Positions 55,121 to 64,000 of a DNA stretch of 64,000 bases are shown piece by piece. Under the pieces are notes generated by a model, which did no database searches, had not been told where the DNA came from, and saw only the letters and a list, made by a program, of their open reading frames with translations. This DNA comes from Eledone cirrhosa (Eukaryota). The stretch's first letter is position 1. The number at the start of each line of letters is the position of its first letter. The position numbers were made by a program, and so were the translations under genes. The stretch lies in assembly GCA_964016885.1 (NCBI GenBank), contig OZ024740.1:66588001-66652000 (forward strand). The letters are read 5' to 3'.

Positions 55121-56579
55121 TTATCAAGTAAGTATGTTTTGAAACAGTGAGCAGGTTTGAAATTAGAAAATAGAATAGCTTGCACCGTATTTTTAACCAA
55201 AGGAATTTTAGCCTGATAATGGGGTTTAGAACCCCCAGATAAATGGGAAAAGATGAGTATTGACGTATTGACGTCAATACTCATCTTTTTCCATGAGGTG
55301 TCGTACACGAGTAAAAATATAGAGAAAAAAAGATGAAATCGAAAATGCAACTGGAGTCTTATTTTTTAAAAAATATATATATTTATTTGGTTCATTTACC
55401 GGTTTCGCAGTTCTTGGGCTTTTCAAAAGTAGAGTTGAGATGGAGGGTCTGTGGTTTTTCTCACATCTGGTTGGTCTTTGAATGTTACTTGTTTTATATG
55501 GAAACAAGTGGCTCGAAACGCCAGGTTTTTTGAGAAGTAATTTGATTGGTTGGTCAAAAATATAACAAATGTCCCGCCAGTTCGCGTTATAAAGTTCTTC
55601 AAACAAAGGGGGGCGTTCAGGTTGTTGTTTCATATATGAGTGAAGTTTGGTTGGTTGATGCAGTCACGTGAATAAGCACATCAGCTTTCGCGTCAGTTTG
55701 TTTGAATTACATTTTACTTTTAAAAAAGTGGCACTCAAAGGCTTTTTTTAAATAAATGAAATTATGATTGTCACGTGAACAAGTTTTAATTAAATTTCGC
55801 ACCCGTATTTGGGAATTTATTTTGTAGCCTTTTAGAGAATTTTATGACAAACAAAAGATAATGGTCAAGAGAAATGAGATGGAAGAATTTTTATGGTTCA
55901 GTGAATATGGCTGGTTCGCTGGGGTGTCAGAATTCAGACTTTCTATTGAAATAAATAAAGTAGAGACATGTATGTTTATTTGTGTGTGTGTATGTGTGTG
56001 TTTGTATAGGAAGATGATTCTATTAGTAGAACTGAGGGAGGGAGTTGTGTGTGTGCGTGTGTATATGTGTGTTATGTGTGTGTGGGGAGGGGAGTATGTT
56101 AAGGTGGAGAGAATATATATATTTTGTGTGTGTGTATGTGTGTGGGAAAGTGATTCTACTAGTAGAAATTGGGGAGGGAGTTGTTTGTGTGTGGGGGGTG
56201 TTATGTGTGTGTATGGGTGTTATGTGTGTGTGTGGGAGTATGGTTAGCATGTTAATATGAAGATAATATATATTTTGTGTGTGTGTGTGTAGGAAAATGA
56301 TTCCGTTAGTAGAAATATTTTTGAATGAACATATTTTCCTTATTTATTCGTATGTGTTCAGTTGTATTGCCAGCGTAAACGTATGTTAAGGTTTATTTAG
56401 TTCGGGTTTTTATTTTCTAAAATAGAAAGTGTTATGTGTGTGTGTATGTGTCTGTTTGGATAGTTAGCATGTTACGGTGTTGACATAATGTATATTAAAC
56501 CATATTTAATGTTGGTCTATATTTTTGAATAAACATATTTTCCTCATTTATTCGTATTTGTTCTGTTGTATTGTCAGCG

Positions 56580-57372
56580 CAAAGGTAAAATGGGAAGACT
56601 TGGAATTATTTGCGCATATGTCTAGATGTACGCTTAGTGGTATCTGTCTCGTGGTGGATGTCGTAATTGTTGGCGATGCACTGTCATTCTGTTTCTGAGT
56701 GTGAGTTTAGTTTGTCCTATATAATCTTCATTGCATCGTTTACATTTAATGGCATAAAGTATATTTTTTCATGAGCAAGTGAAATGATTTTTTACAGCAA
56801 AATGTTGTCCTGTTTTAAATGTATACGTGTTGCCTTCAATGAGGAGAGTGCAGGTTCCACAATTAGAGCGACCACATTTTGTGACAGCTGGTTGTGGGTT
56901 TGTGGTAGGTAAGTTGGCATTGGTGAGTAATGTTTTCAGTGATTTCGGTTGTCTTTTGCTTTTGATTATTTTGTGTGTTTCAAGGGATTTTTTCATTATT
57001 GGGTCTTGTTTCAATAGTGGGATGTTCTTGTGAATAGTGTTGTAAGCATCCGCATTTCTTGGGTTGTGTGTTGAGATATATGATAGCTTATTGGACTTAC
57101 CTTGAATTTGTTTCTGTTTTCGTAATTCATCAATGCCTATTGCTTTAGGCCTTTCTATTCCATTATTTATTAGTAATGGTGGGTACGGTCTTTCGAGTAG
57201 AATTTCATTTAATTCTTGAAGTCTTTTATTTCGCGTTTAATAATTGAAGAATCGTGCAAATTCTTCCCACTAGGTTAAAAGGAATGTTCGTATTCGTGTG
57301 CTTTGGCTGGTGGGAGGTGAATAGCAGGTATCGTTTGGAATCTATTGTTTGGAGTATGTAAGTTTCATTATT
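56580..57372 (-). pseudogene. PLE fragment (RT thumb, linker, GIY-YIG), related to 7685-8372
   Basis: YLLFTSHQPKHTNTNIPFNL, IIKSKRQPKSLKTLL, KCGRSNCGTC; GIY-YIG continues after a stop. Confidence 0.85.
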
Positions 57373-57395
57373 TGTGTCTTTTTTAATACATATAC

Positions 57396-57451
<56 letters not shown>

Positions 57452-57456
<5 letters not shown>

Positions 57457-57695
57457 GTCTTGGAGGCTTAAAGAGTCCGTTTGTGGTAAGCCCCGTATGA
57501 GCACTCAATGCCCTCGTAGAGAAGAGTATGATATAACAGAAAAAAGAGAATCAGTGTTCTGACGAAAGGAATTTATTGGACATATTGCAAATGTTTCTCA
57601 GGCGAACCGCTCGAGGTACGATCGATATGGTGATCACACCTAACTCTGAAATCAACACGGTCGTCAGATACGTGTCGATTCTACGAAACAGATTA
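57452..57695 (-). mobile_element. Single-arm copy (with tail) of the long-stem-II HHR family
   Basis: Homologous to 12515-12756; HHR 57580-57673 with CTGACGA core and cleavage triplet mutated to GCA. Confidence 0.75.
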
Positions 57696-57731
57696 CATAT
57701 ATATATGTATATATATGTATTTATATGTACA

Positions 57732-57789
<58 letters not shown>

Positions 57790-57796
<7 letters not shown>

Positions 57797-57966
57797 GTGA
57801 GGTTTTTTTTACAAAATGAAAAATAACCGAGGTGTCCTACACGAGTGGAAGTATAAAGAAAAAGGGATGAAATCGAAAATGCAACTGAAGTCTTATTTTT
57901 TTAAAAATATATATATATTTTTAAAAAAATAAGACTTCAGTTGCATTTTCGATTTCATCCCTTTTT

Positions 57967-57975
<9 letters not shown>
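57790..57975. repeat. Short perfect hairpin with a left extension
   Basis: 57852-57912 is inverted relative to 57913-57975; homologous to 55294-55385. Confidence 0.8.
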
Positions 57976-58021
<46 letters not shown>

Positions 58022-58050
58022 TGTGTGTGTGTGTGTGTGTTTATATGTAA

Positions 58051-58081
<31 letters not shown>

Positions 58082-58115
58082 CAATAATAATAATAATCTG
58101 TTATTTTAATAAAGG

Positions 58116-58202
<87 letters not shown>

Positions 58203-58600
58203 GTACTAAATTAGCGAGAATCGCATTTCGGCTAATGGAAATTAGAGAAAAACAACTTCCGAGATGTGTGGCAAGCGCCCCATAGAAACTACTGAACTAG
58301 AGCAACAAGTTAAGTTAAAAGGCCAAACTCACTGAGACGATGGTTAAACCATTATCCGCAAATGTCCAAACTATTTGGGTCAAACAAAAAATAAAATATG
58401 ATTGAAAATTATACCCGGACCCCTTGGAAACGGTGATAAGATCCAATATAGGGTTTCTGCATCTCCCAAATAACGTACGGTCTACTTAAACAAATAATGT
58501 TAAGCTTTTGGTATGATGATCGAACAAGGAAATCCCTTTTTCAACGGGCATTTAGTTCTATGCAAAGCTAAGGACTGACCGTTATCAAAACCCACGTATG

Positions 58601-58684
<84 letters not shown>

Positions 58685-58716
58685 GTAATAATAATAGTAA
58701 TAATAATAATAATAAT

Positions 58717-58892
58717 TGTTTCTACATTTGGCACAAGGCCAGCAATTATCCCAGTGCATTACTGGTACTTTATGTTATCGACCCCGTAAGGATGAAAGGC
58801 AAAGTTAACATAGGCGGGATTTGAACTCAGGATGGCGAGCGCCGTAACTCTATGCTTCAACGCATGGCGTCCAACCCTCTACCGATACTGCC
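58717..58892 (-). mobile_element. tRNA-derived SINE (second copy)
   Basis: Homologous to 49838-50013; B-box-like GAGTTCAAATCCC. Confidence 0.75.
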
Positions 58893-59156
58893 TAGGATTT
58901 GGAACTGCCATGAAGTCGAAGTGGTCCCGATTGTCATAGGTGCAGTAGGTACTATCTCAAAAAGTTTCCAGGGATGGTTAAAGAAAATTGGCCCCACCAC
59001 GCTTTTTAGAACGCTTCAAAAGGCATGCTTTCTCGGAACAGCAAGAACCCTCCGATACGTCCTGAATATTTGAGGCTGCAGGTAGTGGCTTGATATTCAT
59101 TTAACGAACATCAATGACTGAGACTCAAAGCACAATAATAATAATAATAATAATAA
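58893..59156 (+). mobile_element. R4/Dong-like (RLE-type) non-LTR 3' fragment
   Basis: EVVPIVIGAVGTI...LQKACFLGTARTLRYVL* followed by a short UTR and (TAA)n. Confidence 0.7.
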
Positions 59157-59158
59157 AT

Positions 59159-59401
59159 GTGAAGACTAAAATCCAAAGAGGGCTCGATAAGGATAAATAT
59201 ATATCAAATATATAGGAACCATCCCTCGGTTGAGCACCCTATTGATTTATATTCATCATGCAGAAACAACATTTGAATATTTCTACAACGTTTTTCCAAA
59301 TATTGACTTCTGCGTTCAGAGATTGATTTTTTTTAGATTCAGAAGATGCCGTTAAGGGTGAAGGGAGCGATTCTTTGCTTAAGCTTTAATCTGTTATTTT
59401 A

Positions 59402-59407
<6 letters not shown>
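59159..59407. mobile_element. CAGA-family mini element: inverted tail plus tail-less body
   Basis: 59159-59220 matches 14907-14968; 59285-59407 matches 54968-55090. Confidence 0.7.
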
Positions 59408-59447
<40 letters not shown>

Positions 59448-59465
59448 GAAAAGAATGTTTCTCTT

Positions 59466-59705
59466 TGTTGAATAAATAAATGAACAATCAAATCTAACGA
59501 TCATTTTATTAAATGCGATAATTTAATAAATTTCCTACAACGTCAATATTTTGAGGAGCGAATCCTTTCACGTCTGTTCATGTCCGCGGTCCAAAGAGAG
59601 TGAGTGAACCTGCGTCTGGGACCGGATGTATATTGCCTCCGCTCTCTGAAGGGTTGTTAAGGGGGGGCAACTGCTAGTTGCTAAGCAACCATCTCAGTCA
59701 CTACA
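59466..59705 (-). repeat. Probable 3' LTR of the Gypsy element
   Basis: Minus: purine-rich gaggtgaa then TGTAG... with AATAAA and a possible ...CAACA end; no 5' LTR in the window to confirm. Confidence 0.45.
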
Positions 59706-60132
59706 TTCACCTCGGAGCAGATTTTTTGTCGAAAAATTGTTAACAATGAAGCGAAGGTAGTTTACAAAATGAAGATGCATGTATCAACAAATTATGAAAA
59801 AAAAAAAAAGAAATAGGTTCATGTCTGCAAGCATTAACACAGAAAAAAACGTACAGTAAAAGATGCAAAATGCATGAAAAGATAACACTCTTCGCAATAA
59901 AGGGGCCCCAAATGCGATAAACAAGAACAATTTTTTTTGCTAGGCAATGAAAATGCCATATGTAGCATAGTTATAAAAATGCACTAAAAAAATGGACTGT
60001 GTCAGAATTAACAACAGTCGTAATGTTACGAAAAATATAATATATTGACACTGCCGTAGGCAGTCAAGAATCAAAAAGTAACAAAATGCAATATACAGCA
60101 AAAACAATTGGAAGAAAAAAAAAGAATGCAAT

Positions 60133-63100
60133 TCAGTTTATATTACTGCATAGCTTACGGGGCCAATGCACCTTTCGCCCAGAACGGGTCGTAGTTCTGT
60201 GTGTTGATGGTAAGGGGGAAGAAATAGGCCTATGTGGCAAAGAAAAAGAAGGGGGCATTTGAGTTTCAAGTGTCATTGTGTCATTGTCCAGGTTTGCTCG
60301 TTTGAGACGATCAACGGAAACCGTTTCCCTGGAACCCCGAATGTCTAGTGTGAAATGTTTGTCTGTGCGAGCAAGCAAACGATAGGGTCCAGAGTACGGC
60401 CGTTGAAGAGGGGGTCTCACGGCGTCGTCTCTAACGAACACATGTGTCCCCAAGACAATATCCCTTGGGACAGCAGTTTTTACAGTCTGCTTCCTAGTGC
60501 CCATCGGTGGTAGATCCTTGAAATAAGAGTGAAGCCGGGACACGTAGGAAGCGGGGTCCTGCGAACTCAGGTCAAAAGGGGCTAGCATTTGCCTCGGTAA
60601 CGCCAGAGGAGTACCATAAACTAATTCGGCAGAGGAGAACCCAGGGTCCATCTTTACCGTCGACCGAATACCCAACAACACAATAGGTAGGTACTCGCTC
60701 CAACGTGAAGAGTACATGGAAGCCCTTAAGGAGGCTTTGAGTTGCCTGTGGAATCTTTCCACCATTCCGTTTGAGGCTGGGTGGTAAGCGGTGGTTCATA
60801 TTCGAGTAGCCCCCAGGATTTGGGTTAATTCTCGGAAGAGGTTAGACTCAAATTGACGACCACGATCCGTTGTTATGGTGGTTGGTACACCGAAACGAGC
60901 GATCCATGAAGATACGAGAGTACGGGCTGTGGTTTCAGCGGTGATATCTGTTATAGGGACGGCTTCAGGCCAACGCGAAAAACGGTCAACAATCGTCAAA
61001 AGATACGGAAAACCACGACTAACCGGCCACGGGCTGACGATGTCCACATGAATGTGACGAAATCTGGCATCCGGGCAGGTGAAAGTTCCGAGAGGAGCCT
61101 TAACATGTCTATGAACTTTCGCTTGATTGCAAGCGACACAGGAACGACACCAGGCAGCAATGTCACGTCTCATATCAGGCCAGAAAAATCTGGCTGTTAT
61201 GAGTTTTACAGAGGCTGATACTCCTGGGTGAGAAATACCATGTAAAGCGAGAAACACAGTTCGTCGATGTTCCACATGGACTAGAGGTCGTGGTGAGTCC
61301 AACGAAACATCACACAGTATTTGTCCGTCAGCAGTTGAGATCGGAATGTATTTCAGTTTGCAATGTACAAACTCTGGCGATGTAACATCCAACGTTTCGA
61401 GAGTGGGTTGGGCAGCTGCCATTCGATGTAAATCTATCTCCTCCGAAGACGAAATCGATGCGATCGGTAGGCGAGACAGCGCATCGGCCGCTGTATTCAA
61501 AGAACCCGGAATATGTTGAATGTCGTTCGTGAACTGTGAGAAGAAGTCCAGATGTCTCGTTTCTCTGGGCGAGTATTTGTCTGCTTTAGTTCGAAGAGCA
61601 AACGTCAAAGGTCTATGATAAGTGAAAATGGTGAATGTTCTACCTTCAAGTACATGAGCAAAATGTTTCACTGTTAAATAAATTGCTAATAGCTCCCTTC
61701 CAAAGGTGCTATAGCGAGTTTCGGCAGGCTTTAACTTCCTCGAAAAGAACTCGAGTGGTTGCTGTACCCCAACACAATTCTGCTGTAAGACTGCGCCCAC
61801 GGCGCTATCCGAAGCATCAACACAGAGCGATAGCTCGGCGTTGGGTACTGGGTGGGCGGGCAAAGACCCGCTCGCTAACGCATTTTTCACTTTTTTTAAA
61901 ATCCTCAAGCTACGTTTTATTTAAGGAAATGTCCATATTCTTACGCAGGCAACCCTTAAAAATTTCTGTCAACGAGAACAGCAAGTTGGAACAACCAGGT
62001 ACGAATCGCCTATAGACATTTACGAGGCCCAGGAATTGACGCAATTGTCGCAGTGAACTTGGCGGAGGCAAATCCGATACTGCCTTAACCTTCTCAGGAA
62101 GAGGTCGAATACCATCGGCGTCAATCAGAGGGCCTAAAAATGTTAGTGAAGTCGAGCCGAAAACACACTTGGAAGCATTAATACGAACATTATATCTCTG
62201 TAAACGACGAAATACGTGATCCAGATGCTTTGGATGCTGCTGAGGGGAAGAACTAGCAATCAACACGTCATCGATATACGTGTACACAAAATCCAGGCCC
62301 CGAGTAACATCATCCATAAATCGTTGGAAGGTACTTGCAGCATTTCTAAGGCCGAAAGGCATAGTGAGGAACTCGAATGATCCGAAAGGAGTGGCAATAG
62401 CAGTCTTTGTGATATCCTCCTTGTTAACCGGAATCTGATTATAAGCACGGATCAAATCAAGCTTAGAAAAGATTCTGCAACCCTGCAATGACGATGCAAC
62501 ATCCTGCCAATGCGGGATTGGATAACGGTCAGGCACAGTAATCGCGTTTAAGCGTCGGTAGTCACCCGTCGATCTCCAATCACCAGAAGATTTAAGTACC
62601 ATATGTAGAGGCGATGCCCAAGGACTCGTGGAACGCCGAATTATTCCTAATTCCAGCATGTGGTCGAATTCGAGACGTGCAGCTTTCAACTTCTCTGTAG
62701 ATAATCTTCGAGGACGTGAGAAAACAGGTGGACCTGTAGTGAATATGAAGTGTTCAATCGCATGATCCGGGCTAGTAATTCGTAACTTTCCCTGCGTCAA
62801 CTGAGGGAATGAATGTAACAGGCTTTGATACTGGTTGCCCACTTCAGCCAAGAAAAAGGAAGGGCTGACAGTGGCGACGTCCGGCTCTGAACCCTCGAAA
62901 GAAAGGCCTGTTTCAGCATAAAAAAGGCGTTGTCTGCGAATGTCCACCAACAAGGAAAAATGGTGGAGAAAATCCGCTCCCAAAATGGCGTATGGCAAGT
63001 CGGCGATAGTAAACTTCCACTTCAAATCACGACGCACATTTTTTAACCGAAGAGGAAGCGAAATTTGCCCGTACGTTCGAATGGCCGTGTGGTTGACTGC

Positions 63101-63200
63101 TCGTAGATTTATATTTGATTCAGCTGGGTTTTTTTTTAGATAACTGACTGGCCAAATACTCAGCAACGTGCCAGTATCGACAAGGAAAAATAAACTAGTT
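60133..63200 (-). pseudogene. Ty3/Gypsy pol (PR-RT-RH-IN), 5'-truncated
   Basis: LVDTG protease, YIDD RT, VDASD/RELLA RNase H, HHCC, D-D-E (HVDIV, TTDRG, VERFH), GPY motif; one frameshift near 61910 and one in-frame stop near 60796; gag absent. Confidence 0.95.
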
Positions 63201-64000
63201 GCATTTTAGATTTCTTATCCTTACATACATAGATACATAAATACATACATGCATACATACATAGATACATACATACATACATATAGATTTTTCATTTGCA
63301 TGAAGAAATTATTATTATTATTATTATTATTGCCTCAAATTTCATTAAACCATGCGATATTCGACAGGTTTATCATGATATGTCTTTTATGAAGCGTATA
63401 CAGATTTTCTAGACGTAAAAGCGAAGAAGCCAGGATATATACAAAGAAGAATATTTATTTAATCTTTTTTATATTGGTTGTGATTTTGATTTTTTTTTTC
63501 TGAAACGATCAATATTTGAAGTGTTGAGATATTTCATTAATTAACTGAGGATTGTGAAAAAGCAGATTCTTTTCTGAAATTTTCTATTTTGCTTTACACT
63601 TATACAAAGATTCAATGCAGCAGTGAATAGCAAAATTCAATATTGGTCCCTTGAGAAAACAATTACATATTTAAGCATAGTTTATCACTGTTTTGTTTTT
63701 TCATTGTATATTTATCCACAGGATTTCTCCAAACTTAGACATTTCAAAAATATATGGGCATACTATTATTAATTTTGTTAATTTTTAATTTTGCATTTTA
63801 TATTTAAAAGAAAACTAGTAATCAGCACCTGTCAAAAATTGCAAATATACTCATCGTTTACGTTTGTTATATATGATCGCTGCCCCCTTGTTGTCGGGTA
63901 TGGCCGTTGCACGAAACAAAGAAAAAAAAGAGCACACATTGCTAATAATTACTGGTGCTGCGATCGAATGTGGCTTTTTAGCCCAACCAATGATCTAAAA

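Noticed and set aside
63545-63590. CTGAGGA...GAAA motif
   Set aside because: Stem I cannot form; single copy; likely chance.

Overview
AT-rich, microsatellite-saturated eukaryotic repeat DNA; the SINE motifs resemble octopod cephalopod repeats (inference from recall, not a search). No host gene is supported, and most ORFs in the track are translated (TA)n/(CA)n arrays. Recognisable elements: a decayed autonomous-type Helitron (Rep/PIF1), a 5'-truncated Ty3/Gypsy pol with a probable 3' LTR, Tx1/L1-like, CR1/L2-like, RTE and R4/Dong-like LINE remnants, tRNA-derived SINEs, and at least seven Penelope-like element (PLE) fragments with GIY-YIG and/or RT sequence. The main unexplained structure is a set of about 10 fold-back (inverted-repeat) insertions sitting in (TA)n tracts, several entirely non-coding. 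These and related fragments carry roughly 20 type-I hammerhead ribozyme (HHR) motifs from about 10 unrelated sequence families, supported by stem covariation, including long-stem-II forms and a CAGA core variant. They share one architecture: one arm carries a 40-130 bp 3' tail, usually with an ACTC...GAGT(G/A)CT hairpin motif, and the inverted arm stops just before that tail. All coordinates were read by eye and may be off by a few bases.
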